From positions 64,001 through 128,000 of the forward strand of contig CAWJQQ010000003.1 in NCBI GenBank assembly GCA_963845065.1: a stretch of DNA of 64,000 bases, in the 5' to 3' direction. The position numbers were made by a program, and so were the translations under genes. Every line of letters starts with the position of its first letter. Position 1 is the stretch's first letter. The DNA comes from Nitrospirota bacterium. GTDB taxonomy: Bacteria > Nitrospirota > UBA9217. Below, piece by piece: positions 49,200 to 59,043 of this stretch. Below the pieces are notes generated by a model, which worked only from the letters and a program-made list of their open reading frames with translations, made no database searches and had not been told where the DNA came from.

Positions 49200-49329
49200 G
49201 AAAAGTAACACGTTTTATTCTTCTTTTCGAGACGTTTGTGCCTGCAGGCGCACGGCCAGCTCGATTTCAGCTCCCCGAGAGGGACATCGTATGGAACTCC
49301 TGGAGAGTAAGTTTCTTTGTCCGACGAGA

Positions 49330-49540
49330 TGTTGGATGACTCTGTGGTGGAAAGACAGTATCATTATGGACTACAAGGTTAGCGGTTAGGGAATTGCAGG
49401 CTCAAGAGGATAATCGTTGACAAGTTTAACATCTAACCGGAGAAGCTGGCGATTGGCGCTTATGTGGGCAAGGGACTTCTGAACGGTAGTCTCCATAGTA
49501 GCCCATCGGGAATCAGGACCATCCCTAAGCCGAAATGGAA
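49330..49540 (+). pseudogene. glgC: Degenerate second copy of the glgC 3' end
   Basis: DSIIMDY...NCRLKRIIVDKFNI*PEKLAIG; 49394-49540 aligns without gaps to 3-149 at roughly three-quarters identity. Confidence 0.75.
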
Positions 49541-49544
49541 TGTC

Positions 49545-49850
49545 GCTTTAAGGGCATGTTCCTGAGCGCACCGCCACGATTCAGCAGGTGCTGGCTGTTC
49601 CTTCAATGTCGCGCAGCGTTCGGATGTGGCATTTCTGAGCACAGACGAAATACAAGCAATCGTACAGGCTGCCTACATCAGCTTGTGAAGCGGTCTGAGC
49701 AATCATGTCATGTTTGCCACTCTGTACAACATCGGAGCAATAGTATCGGAGTTCACAGCCTTGAAAGTGAAGGATGTGTCTCTAGTCAGGTCACCGTCGG
49801 TACGGATCATGGGAAAAGGCAGAATGGAACGTAGGATGCCCCCTGTGGAA
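49545..49850 (+). pseudogene. RitC-like tyrosine recombinase fragment
   Basis: IQQVLAVP...FLSTDEIQAIV...SG..HVMFATLYNIGAIVSE...PSVRIMGKGRMERRMP, colinear with RitC at ~4.7-5.0 kb. Confidence 0.75.
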
Positions 49851-49859
49851 CCCGGTTGT

Positions 49860-50270
49860 CACTTTATAAGAAAATCACCGGCGTAAAAAAGATCGTGGTT
49901 TGGGTTTCTCTTTAATCCAGAAGCCGCGCTAGCTAAGAATACCTTACAGCAATAGTACGGGAAGACTTGGCCGTCCTGATAAACGAAAAAAGCTCATCTG
50001 GCTACAAAGGCCGGACATTCAACAAGATGATTAACAATGGATCAAATGTGCAGTATCTTCGCAGGGCATCGGATAAATTACGGATGGTATCCCAGAACTG
50101 ATTGTTCCGAGCTATTACACATCCACTGCCTGCACGGTCCATTCCGTGGCCGACGCTTGTATGCAACAAGGAAAAATATTTTGCTGTCCATGCTGCAACG
50201 TCAAAGAACATGCTGACGAGCATGTTGTGTATATTATTGGTAATTACCTTTTACTGCGTCCTAATCCGGT
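49860..50270 (+). pseudogene. C-terminal fragment of a divergent TnpB/Cas12-like RuvC-Zn-finger protein
   Basis: AIVREDL...GRTFNKMINNGS..YLRRASDKL (frameshift) DGIPELIVPSYYTSTACTVH...FCCPCCNVKEHADEH. Confidence 0.6.
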
Positions 50271-50505
50271 GCGGCAAGTGACACTGCATCTTTCAAAGGG
50301 CCGGCTATCCTCCATAAGGAACCGCCTTGTTGGAAGCCCCAACCAATAGATAAGTATTATCTTTGGTTGCGGGAGCATTCACGATAATGTCTCTCTGCCT
50401 ATTGCGGTCATATGGTTTACTGAATTATGGCATTATTTGCTTACCTCATGGAGAGTACGTTATTTGGTAGGAACTCCTTATTTGGAAGGTCTTGTTACTA
50501 CGGGG

Positions 50506-51546
50506 CTAAGATTGCTTGTCGACTTCTTCATAAACGAGACGGGTGATGTCACGTACAATTTTCGTCAATTTGTCAAAATCCTCGCCCCGTACCATAACCC
50601 CGAGGAGAAACGGACGGTTCGGATGATAGATTATTCCGAATTCGTGGAGCTGGGATAGCTCTTTTCCGTCACCGCCTGCAGTGACATCCGATACTCTTCT
50701 TTCTCCATGCTTGCTTGCAATATCGATGTTCGGCGGGATGCCAGCGACCATTCCTCTCCTGAATGATGATTTCGAAAGATACCGAAGGGCCTTTTCCGAC
50801 ATATCCTCTGTAAGAAAGGAGGCGTTGTAGAGGACGCGGAAGAAGGACGCGAACGCGTTCAACGACAAGGAGTCTTCCTGTTTGTTAGGGTCGTATTCAA
50901 CGTAAAGGTCATTGAATATTTTTTCAAGGCGGCTTGGTGGGAGATTCGCATACAAAAGAGCGTATGCATCGGCATCGTCGTGGGCGATCATCCTGAAGAT
51001 AAGGTCATTGACTGTATAGGCTTTTCCAGGTTCAAGTTTCTCTCCTTGATCGCTCTGTCTTTGCCCTGTCTCTTGTCCGTTGCCGGGGATCGTGAGGGTT
51101 TTCCGCAGGACCAGCGGATTCGATTCCGCCCATTTGAAATAAGCGATCATGAGCGGCACCTTTAACAGGCTCTTTGGCGAGAACTTGTCATGCTCCCTGA
51201 TGCCGAACCAGTTCCCATTATTCAGGTCACGGAAATAGACAGAGACGGCAACAGCATCGCCGCTTTTCAGCGTATTTTCGATCAATGCATTCACTTTGTA
51301 CTTGAAAGGCTTTAGTTCCTTGGTCGTGTGAATTTTCCCGGTGTTATTCAATTCTACGGAGGCACGGATAAACCTGAACGTGTCTTCCGTCTGTTCAGGG
51401 ACGGCGTCACTTCTACTTACTGTAGAAAAGCTGAACACGCCCATCCCAGCACCCACGAATACACCAAGCGCAAAGGAGGCGGCAAGCAGGGTCAACAGGA
51501 GAGGTCGTTTGATCGATACCATTTTTTCTTTATCTCTTTCCATCAA
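50506..51546 (-). CDS. Class A beta-lactamase-related serine hydrolase, membrane-anchored
   Basis: SVYFRDL, SLLK (SxxK), KHG, HEFGIIY; SDN replaced by DDA. Confidence 0.8.
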   Translation of the reverse strand: MMERDKEKMVSIKRPLLLTLLAASFALGVFVGAGMGVFSFSTVSRSDAVPEQTEDTFRFIRASVELNNTGKIHTTKELKPFKYKVNALIENTLKSGDAVAVSVYFRDLNNGNWFGIREHDKFSPKSLLKVPLMIAYFKWAESNPLVLRKTLTIPGNGQETGQRQSDQGEKLEPGKAYTVNDLIFRMIAHDDADAYALLYANLPPSRLEKIFNDLYVEYDPNKQEDSLSLNAFASFFRVLYNASFLTEDMSEKALRYLSKSSFRRGMVAGIPPNIDIASKHGERRVSDVTAGGDGKELSQLHEFGIIYHPNRPFLLGVMVRGEDFDKLTKIVRDITRLVYEEVDKQS

Positions 51547-52091
51547 CGTCTTGTTACAGCCGATCGTCTTACGGAAGATTTCCTCCGCACAATTCCAGCC
51601 GTTGTCTTAACAGGTTTACTTACCTCCGGGGATAACATAAGCTGTGGAGGGATATTTTGCGCCCCGAGGATCTCTGCAATTTGGTCCAGCGCCTGCGCGA
51701 TGTTTTCCAGCTTGCTCGAGCTCAGCTGTTCAAGGCCGGAGACCAGGAGGCCCTGGGCTACTTCCGGCGATTTCTTGACCAATGCCCGACCCTTTCCGGT
51801 TAATTCTACCCGGACCACGCGGCGGTCCTCAGTAGAGCGTATTCTTATGACCAGCCCCTGCTTTTCGAGGCGGTCAAGAATGCCGACCACGGTAGCCGGG
51901 TGAAGATAAATACGCCTGGCGATCTCCGAAACCATGATTGGCGCTTCCTGGGCTATGGTTTTTATTGCCCAAAGCTGAGGGCCGGTGAGGCCAGTCTCAT
52001 GCTCGGCCTTCTTCGACTGCTCATTGACTACCTGAAATACCCGACGCAAGTTATCGATGATTTTCGCGACTGCATCTGGTCTCTTGCCCAA
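51543..52091 (-). CDS. MarR family transcriptional regulator
   Basis: GLTGPQLW, TVVGILDRLE and DRRVV..LT..G motifs. Confidence 0.9.
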   Translation of the reverse strand: MGKRPDAVAKIIDNLRRVFQVVNEQSKKAEHETGLTGPQLWAIKTIAQEAPIMVSEIARRIYLHPATVVGILDRLEKQGLVIRIRSTEDRRVVRVELTGKGRALVKKSPEVAQGLLVSGLEQLSSSKLENIAQALDQIAEILGAQNIPPQLMLSPEVSKPVKTTAGIVRRKSSVRRSAVTRR

Positions 52092-52145
52092 GACTTAAAC
52101 CTCCTTACAATTGCCTTGACAAAGCAGAAAGAAAGTGCTCATAAA

Positions 52146-52161
52146 AATTTGTGTGCAAACT
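52146..52161. promoter_or_regulatory. Possible MarR operator (imperfect palindrome)
   Basis: AATTTG-TGTG-CAAACT, about 55 bp upstream of marR. Confidence 0.3.
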
Positions 52162-52405
52162 ACTTTAACACATACTATAAGGAATGCAATTAAAAAGTAA
52201 CTCTCCGATTAAACTAAACATGGGTCATGGTGCCAAGAAGTTAATAAATAGAACTCCATACGTTTATTATAAAGCGAATGTATGAAATTAACAAAAAATG
52301 ATAACGACAAGCTGCATATATATTCAGTGAAAGTTAAGACGTATGGTTTGGCCTCGTTAAAGACGCCCCTTCGGCATTATCGCCATGATGAGCAGGAATG
52401 CCGAT

Positions 52406-52956
52406 ATGTATCGCAAAAGTTTTAGTTATCTATCATTTATCATACTGGTCGGCATTGCTACCTTGTGAGTCGTACGAAAAAAAGCAGAAGTGACAATATC
52501 GCTGGAAGCGCAAACGGAATCAGAAAATGGAAAGTCGTCGGCGACACCTGCCACATCGACAGAATCTACAACTGCCGAGGCGAAGCCCGTGATGAAATCC
52601 GAAGGATCGAATGAAAAGTCCTGAACGATGTCAGCAGGACTCAACCAAATTTATGTTGATTACAACAAGTCCTTTATCCGCGATGACCAGGGCTGTATTG
52701 AAAGGCGGATGTTCACTGGCTTAAGGCGATTGCTATGGTAACAGTTAAAATCGAGGGCAATTGTAATTAACGCAATCATAATAAGGCGCTCAGTAAACTG
52801 CATGCAGGAAGGGCAACAAATATTTGATTAGTATTGGCATCTAAAAACACCGGATCGCTTATCAGCAATAGAAAGGAAAAACCGATTTGCGATCAACAAG
52901 GTGAAACCTGCTGGCAGAAGAACCAGCGCGATGTCTTAGTCGTTATGAACAAATAG
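52406..52956 (+). pseudogene. pal: Peptidoglycan-associated lipoprotein (OmpA/Pal), heavily degraded
   Basis: IYVDYNKSFIRDD...WLK...VKIEGNC...KYL..IGI...KPICDQQGETCWQKNQR. Confidence 0.75.
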
Positions 52957-53192
52957 ACATGCTTGGCGGCATAAGCGCCTAACGGATGGAAGTCCTAATA
53001 ATTGGGACACCGCCATCAGACGAACTTTTCAATGGAAATTGTGAAGATGACAATCAACATATTACCCAGAATATGTCGTTTTCGCAATCACACTGCTGGT
53101 TGTCGGATACTACTTGACGAAAAAAGATCAAGACAAATGAGGGGCCTAGTGAATCGTCAGTGAGTGACGACAAAGACAAACAGCTACATTGA

Positions 53193-53239
53193 TTGATATC
53201 CTCCCCGGCCTCACGGTCGGGGTCTTACGGCGCATTGAG
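53193..53239 (-). mobile_element. 47-bp IS605-derived mini-element, copy 2
   Basis: Minus strand TTTAT|CTCAATGCGCCGTAAGACCCCGACCGTGAGGCCGGGGAGGATATCAA. Confidence 0.8.
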
Positions 53240-53859
53240 ATAAAAATACACCAGCTATGACCTTCCGACATTTAAGGGCCTGTCTATGGACCTACACTTT
53301 ATGGGAGGTTTTCCGTGCGAAATACGTCTGCGAACTGGATGAAACATGATGAGCTACCTGGACAGGATGAAATGGACCGAATTAAAAGCTGATTTGTAAA
53401 TAGGGTTTCAGGAAGGCATCGTAGCTATTAAAAAAGGTGCCATGGTCGCCGAAAGAGAGTGGGCGAATTGACAGAAGAAGATATGCGTCAATACAAACTG
53501 ATCACGCTCAAGGTAAAAATGCACAATGGCTTTTCTAATGTTGGCGCGAGAGTGTGCTCGCCGGTAGTGGAGAAAGGCGGGAAATATCCCGCAGCGGACA
53601 CTAAGTGAAAGACATAACGGCACAGCTCAACAGATATGAGGCGGAAATCTCTTTGCTCGAAATGTCGCTTTGAAAGTTATCCAAACGGAGAACCAGAAAA
53701 GCTGCGTGAATTTTCCCTACCTAATGTAAAAAATGAAACAATGGATCTTTTTTTGAGGGTGCAAGCGTTTTTATACCTCCGGCGCCCTTTCTTCATTTTA
53801 TCTTCTCTTCAACTAGTGCTCACGTGGAACAAAAACAAATGGTCACAAAAAGAAAAAGG

Positions 53860-53888
53860 TTGACAACACAAATAAACCTGTTTAATAT
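53860..53888 (+). promoter_or_regulatory. Sigma70 promoter for the pgsA operon
   Basis: TTGACA-17 bp-TAATAT. Confidence 0.6.
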
Positions 53889-53921
53889 TAAAAAGATAAG
53901 TTTTGAGGATTAAGCGAGGAG

Positions 53922-54461
53922 TTGATGAACCTTCCGAATTACATTACGCTCGCACGTATAATACTAATCCCGTTTTTCATTGATCTGATGATTTATGGTT
54001 ATTACCGGAGCGCCCTTTGCGTTTTTATGATTGCCTGTGTGACTGATGCACTCGACGGAATGATAGCTCGAATTACCCAGTCGAAAACTGAGCTGGGTGC
54101 ATTTCTCGATCCCATGGCAGACAAATTGCTTATCCTATCCTCATTCGTGACGCTTGTTCTGCTGCGCATGCTCCCAATCTGGCTTGTGGTCATAGTCGTA
54201 AGCAGGGATGTTATCCTTGTAATAGGCAGTGCTGTAATTCATTTTACGGGGCATGATCTTAAAGCCCGTCCCTCAATTATAGGCAAAGCCACGACAGTAT
54301 TGCAGCTTGCTGTAGTGACGCTTTCACTATTGCTGAAAATCTACGCGGTGAAGGTAGGACTCATGCATCTCTTATATGGGACCACAGCGGTTGTTACGGT
54401 AGCTTCGGGCGCTCAGTATGTTTCACGGGGTATGAAGATCGTTGGAGAAGATGTCTCGTGA
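53922..54461 (+). CDS. pgsA: CDP-diacylglycerol--glycerol-3-phosphate 3-phosphatidyltransferase family protein
   Basis: NLPNYITLARI and TDALDGMIAR...LGAFLDPMADK motifs. Confidence 0.85.
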   Translation: MMNLPNYITLARIILIPFFIDLMIYGYYRSALCVFMIACVTDALDGMIARITQSKTELGAFLDPMADKLLILSSFVTLVLLRMLPIWLVVIVVSRDVILVIGSAVIHFTGHDLKARPSIIGKATTVLQLAVVTLSLLLKIYAVKVGLMHLLYGTTAVVTVASGAQYVSRGMKIVGEDVS

Positions 54462-54483
54462 TTTATTAATAGGGAGGTCGCTT

Positions 54484-54918
54484 ATGAAAATATCCGACAT
54501 GATCAGACAGGCGCTGGAAAAAAAGGGCTTCAGAAATCTGAAGGATGCATCCAAAGTGCTTGGAATAAGCCCGGAACTTCTGCGTGTTACGATCAATAAA
54601 GGGCATATTCCAAAAGACACAACCCTCATGATGATCGCGGTCAAACTGAATCTTGACAAATCCGTTCTTATTCTGGCAGCGCACCAGGAAAAAGTTCCTG
54701 CAGAAGTCAAAGGATTTTTTCTCTCTCCGTCCCAAGCAAAATTCAGGAGAGGAAAACGTAGATATCCACTTTCCGAAGAGCAGATTAATTATCTTGAAAA
54801 AATATTGAGTGTGGACGAGATCATGATGTTGAGAAAATTCCGTCAAGTGTCCGATGAGGCAAGGACGCAGATAGATGGCTATATCGATTATATGTTTGCT
54901 TCAAAGAGGAGTGCGTGA
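54484..54918 (+). CDS. Hypothetical HTH-like protein
   Basis: LKDASKVLGISPELLR helix-turn-helix-like segment; RBS GGGAGG. Confidence 0.65.
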   Translation: MKISDMIRQALEKKGFRNLKDASKVLGISPELLRVTINKGHIPKDTTLMMIAVKLNLDKSVLILAAHQEKVPAEVKGFFLSPSQAKFRRGKRRYPLSEEQINYLEKILSVDEIMMLRKFRQVSDEARTQIDGYIDYMFASKRSA

Positions 54919-56208
54919 TTGCTGGAGATTTGTAAGGTTCTGCCGGGAGGGCTTGGCGAGGAATTAGGGTTCAAACAGAGCGACAGTATAGTGTCTATAA
55001 ACGGCGAAGAGGTTAACGACTGTATAGACTATAAATTTATTGTGGCAGATGAACACATCGTCATCATCCTTCAGACAAAAAAGGGCAAGTGTAGAACGTT
55101 CGCCATTGATAAAGACGCTGACGATGCCCTCGGGCTTGAATTTGCCCCTCTTAACATTAAACGATGCAGAAATAAATGCATTTTTTGTTTCGTCGACCAG
55201 ATGCCGAAAGGCTGCAGAAAAAGCCTGTACATCAAAGACGACGACTACCGTGCGTCTTTTTTTCACGGAAATTATATTACACTCGGATCTCTCTCTGAAC
55301 AAGACTACAAACGGATATTTCATCAGCGCTTATCGCCGCTCTATATTTCAGTTCATACAACCGAACCGGCATTACGCTCCTTCATGATAGGAAATAAAAA
55401 ATCTCCTGATATTATGGCGAGCATGAAGTGGCTAGCTGCAGGCGGCATCAAGATGCACACCCAGATCGTCTTATGCCCGGGAGTTAATGATGGTTCATAT
55501 CTTGAACGAACATTGGATGATTTATCGGGGCTGTTCCCTTCCGTTGCTTCCGTTGCAGTCGTCCCCGTAGGCATCACCGCTTTCCGAAAAGCACTTTATC
55601 CGCTCCGAACATTTACTATGCACGAAGCTCGTGCAGTGCTTGATATCACCATTAGGTTTGGAAGAGAATTCAAAAAGCAATCCGGCTCACGATTAGTGTT
55701 TGCTTCCGATGAATTTTATATTCAGGCAAGAGAGACTTTTCCCGCACCGGCTTTTTACGAGGATTTCCCTCAAATAGAAAATGGCGTGGGTATGGTGACG
55801 AATTTCCTCCGAGAGACGTCACGTACGAAGTTGCCTTCACGTATTTCACCCATGCGTGTTACTATTGCGACCGGAATTTCATTTAGTAATATTTTAAAAA
55901 ATGTATTAACGCGCCTTAAGAAAATACGTGGACTCACAGGCGACCTTGTAACAGTGAAGAATTATTATTTTGGACGGTCAGTCACAGTCGCAGGACTCTT
56001 AACGGGTAGCGACGTACTGAAGGCTTTGAAGCGCCGGCGGTTGGGTGATGTCCTTTTTATACCTGCCAGTATGCTGAAAGAAGACAAAAACATATTTCTC
56101 GATAACATGACGCTAGAACATCTAGAGGAACAGCTCAACGTCAAAATAATACCTGCATCGACTTTTTGCGAAATCATGCTTGCAATACGTAGTTACGGAA
56201 GAGGTTGA
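54919..56208 (+). CDS. DUF512-domain PDZ/radical-SAM-like Fe-S protein
   Basis: CRNKCIFCFVDQMP, KDDDYR.SF..GNYITL and QIENGVG motifs. Confidence 0.88.
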   Translation: MLEICKVLPGGLGEELGFKQSDSIVSINGEEVNDCIDYKFIVADEHIVIILQTKKGKCRTFAIDKDADDALGLEFAPLNIKRCRNKCIFCFVDQMPKGCRKSLYIKDDDYRASFFHGNYITLGSLSEQDYKRIFHQRLSPLYISVHTTEPALRSFMIGNKKSPDIMASMKWLAAGGIKMHTQIVLCPGVNDGSYLERTLDDLSGLFPSVASVAVVPVGITAFRKALYPLRTFTMHEARAVLDITIRFGREFKKQSGSRLVFASDEFYIQARETFPAPAFYEDFPQIENGVGMVTNFLRETSRTKLPSRISPMRVTIATGISFSNILKNVLTRLKKIRGLTGDLVTVKNYYFGRSVTVAGLLTGSDVLKALKRRRLGDVLFIPASMLKEDKNIFLDNMTLEHLEEQLNVKIIPASTFCEIMLAIRSYGRG

Positions 56209-56211
56209 CCA

Positions 56212-57081
56212 ATGATCTCCGGCAAAACGAAGCTATATGGAATTTTCGGATATCCTGTTGAGCACACGTTTTCTCCATGCATGCATAATTCAGCATTCAA
56301 AAAATTGCACCTGGATGCATGCTATGTTCCATTTGCAGTAAGTCCGGATAATCTGGGTGAAGCAGCGAAGGCGCTCATTCCACTTGGCCTCTGCGGGGTA
56401 AATGTAACCGTACCACACAAGGAAAAGATAATAGCTCATTTAGATGGATTGTCGGAGGAAGCGCAGCTAATCGGAGCTGTCAACACCATCGAGATCAAGG
56501 AGGGGAAGCTGATTGGCCACAATACCGATGGCCGAGGTTTTCTTAGGTCTCTTCGAGACAATGCGGGATTTAATCCTAAAGGGAAACAGATATTTATTAT
56601 AGGCTCAGGAGGCGCTGCGAGAGCCGTGGGTTTCAGTCTTGCGCTAGCCGGAACAAAAAAAATAGTGTTTACCGATCTTGATGAAATGAAGGCTGATGCA
56701 TTGGTGACTGATATCACAGAAAAAACAGGTCGTTTAGTCGAATATGTAAAGCATGAATCAATTGCTGAATCTGCCGCTGAAGCCCATTGCGTTATCAATG
56801 CCACTCCCATAGGGTTGAAAAGAACAGATCCGTTGCCGATAGCACGGGAGAACATCCGAAATAAACATCTCATCTGCGACCTCGTCTATAATCCGGCGGA
56901 AACCAGATTCCTGCAAGCAGCAAAAGCTAATGGAGCGAAGATCCTGCCTGGAATCGGAATGTTGCTGTATCAGGGTGTTATTGCCTTTGAAATATGGACG
57001 GGCCAGAAGGCTCCTATCGCGATCATGAAAAATGCACTTGCCAGGCAGATTGCTGCTCGACAGAAGAATCAATTGAAATAG
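56212..57081 (+). CDS. aroE: Shikimate dehydrogenase
   Basis: SP.MHN, NVTVPHK, GAVNT, NTDG, GSGGAA and MLLYQG motifs. Confidence 0.95.
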   Translation: MISGKTKLYGIFGYPVEHTFSPCMHNSAFKKLHLDACYVPFAVSPDNLGEAAKALIPLGLCGVNVTVPHKEKIIAHLDGLSEEAQLIGAVNTIEIKEGKLIGHNTDGRGFLRSLRDNAGFNPKGKQIFIIGSGGAARAVGFSLALAGTKKIVFTDLDEMKADALVTDITEKTGRLVEYVKHESIAESAAEAHCVINATPIGLKRTDPLPIARENIRNKHLICDLVYNPAETRFLQAAKANGAKILPGIGMLLYQGVIAFEIWTGQKAPIAIMKNALARQIAARQKNQLK

Positions 57082-57092
57082 ACTGACGCATC

Positions 57093-57121
57093 TTGACATA
57101 CCTATCGCATTAAAGTAATAT
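57093..57121 (+). promoter_or_regulatory. Sigma70 promoter for pilB
   Basis: TTGACA-17 bp-TAATAT. Confidence 0.6.
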
Positions 57122-57155
57122 TGTATTGATTTCTTCTTAAAATTAAGGAGTTAAT

Positions 57156-59000
57156 ATGGCAATGTCAGGCAGACTCGGCTCCATGCTCGTCTCGTCGGGT
57201 CTTATCACGGATGATCAGCTAAAAAAAGCACTCTCGACACAAAAGTCAGAGGGGGGCAGACTGGGTTCCATTCTGGTAAAGCTGGGGTTTGTCCAAGAAG
57301 ATAAACTCATGACGTTTCTAAGCAAACAGTATGGCGTCCCTTATGTCGACCTTGGCAAGTTCGAGATCAACGCCGCTGTCATCAAACATATTCCCCCCGA
57401 TGTTGCCCAAAAATACCGAATTATGCCGATCAATCGCGCTGGAGCTACGATCACGATTGCCATGGTGGATCCTTCCAATATATTTGCCATCGACGACATA
57501 AAATTTATGACGGGTTACAATGTCGAGGCGGTAGTTGCGACTGAAGGAGCTATCGTTGAGGCCATTAAGAAGTATTATGGTGGTGCCAAATCTCTTGTGA
57601 CTGCCAAGGCAGGAGCAACTCCGACAGTCAAGGATGATAAGAAACTTTCCTTGGATGCCAAAGACTATTCCTTTGATGAGGAAATAACAGAAGACAGTTT
57701 TGTAGACGATATCGATACCGGTGGTGAAGTAGATGTCGATGACTTCGACAGCCTCATTCATGGAGCCGTGGATGAACTTGAAGTAGTTGAAGACCAGGAA
57801 CTTGACAACCTGTCGGCTGATGTTGAAGCACCTATCGTCAAGCTCGTTAACGGTATCTTGCTAAGGGCGGCGAAAATCGGTGTGAGTGATATTCATATCG
57901 AACCTTATGAGAAAAAATTCAGGGTCCGATACCGACTCGACGGCGTCCTCAAGACTGTTATGGGGCTTCCGCTGAAGATCAAAAATGCAATCATTTCCCG
58001 TATCAAGATCATGTCAAACCTCGATATAGCCGAACGACGACTTCCTCAGGACGGTAGGATCAAACTGAAAATGGGAAAAAGCAAAACTATGGACTTTCGG
58101 GTTTCCGTCATCCCATGTCTGTTCGGAGAAAAGATTGTGATGCGATTGCTCGATAAATCGAATCTGCAACTTGATATGACCAAGCTTGGATTCGATGAAG
58201 ACCAACTTGTCGATTTTAAGGAAGCGCTGGGGAGGCCCTTCGGTATGGTCCTAGTAACAGGTCCTACAGGAAGTGGAAAAACAACGACGCTCTACTCAGC
58301 ACTGAGCGAACTGAATACAGATACGGAAAACTTAATGACCGCGGAAGACCCGGTCGAGTTCAACCTGATGGGAATCAACCAAGTCCAGATGAAGGATGAA
58401 ATTGGGCTAAACTTCGCAGCCGCACTTCGCTCTTTTCTGAGACAGGACCCCGACATTATCATGGTGGGAGAGACTCGCGACTATGAAACGGCTGAAATCG
58501 GCGTTAAAGCCGCTCTTACAGGCCACCTCGTACTCACGACCATCCATACTAATGATGCACCTAGCACAATCAACCGCATGCTGAATATGGGTGTTGAGCC
58601 TTTCCTGGTCTCGTCGGCCGTAATCCTGATTGTTGCGCAACGGCTTGTACGCAAGATCTGCAACAATTGCAAAAAACCAGAAAAATTACCGGTTCAAGTC
58701 TTCATTGAGGCCGGGTTCACAGCTGAAGAGGCTGCATCAGTCATCAGTCATAAAGGGACAGGGTGCGAGGTATGTAATCAAACAGGATATAAAGGCAGAA
58801 TAGCACTCTACGAAGTGATGCCCATCAAAGACGAAATCAAAGAACTTATCCTGCAAGGTGCATCAGTGTTCGATATTAAAAGACAGGCTATAACTGGGGG
58901 GATGAAGACGCTTCGAAGGAGCGGACTGTTGAAAGTGAAGTCAGGCATGACTTCCTTGGAAGAAGTTGTTGAGAACACGTTCCCGGACACTCAGTCCTGA
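57156..59000 (+). CDS. pilB: Type IV-A pilus assembly ATPase PilB
   Basis: MshEN-like RLGSMLV..G, SDIHIEP, GPTGSGKTT, LRQDPD, tetra-Cys motif. Confidence 0.95.
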   Translation: MAMSGRLGSMLVSSGLITDDQLKKALSTQKSEGGRLGSILVKLGFVQEDKLMTFLSKQYGVPYVDLGKFEINAAVIKHIPPDVAQKYRIMPINRAGATITIAMVDPSNIFAIDDIKFMTGYNVEAVVATEGAIVEAIKKYYGGAKSLVTAKAGATPTVKDDKKLSLDAKDYSFDEEITEDSFVDDIDTGGEVDVDDFDSLIHGAVDELEVVEDQELDNLSADVEAPIVKLVNGILLRAAKIGVSDIHIEPYEKKFRVRYRLDGVLKTVMGLPLKIKNAIISRIKIMSNLDIAERRLPQDGRIKLKMGKSKTMDFRVSVIPCLFGEKIVMRLLDKSNLQLDMTKLGFDEDQLVDFKEALGRPFGMVLVTGPTGSGKTTTLYSALSELNTDTENLMTAEDPVEFNLMGINQVQMKDEIGLNFAAALRSFLRQDPDIIMVGETRDYETAEIGVKAALTGHLVLTTIHTNDAPSTINRMLNMGVEPFLVSSAVILIVAQRLVRKICNNCKKPEKLPVQVFIEAGFTAEEAASVISHKGTGCEVCNQTGYKGRIALYEVMPIKDEIKELILQGASVFDIKRQAITGGMKTLRRSGLLKVKSGMTSLEEVVENTFPDTQS

Positions 59001-59043
59001 GACATAGAAACACGTCAAATGTCAGACAGAAAGAGGTAGCTTC

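Noticed and set aside
1..49540. glgC repeats as attL/attR of an integrative element
   Set aside because: The copies are too diverged, with codon-position-biased differences, and no dedicated intact integrase lies at either border. Kept only as a homology observation.
53575..53610. ATATCCCGCAGC resembling the 124-bp MITE end
   Set aside because: No hairpin partner; it reads as part of a decayed coding sequence.
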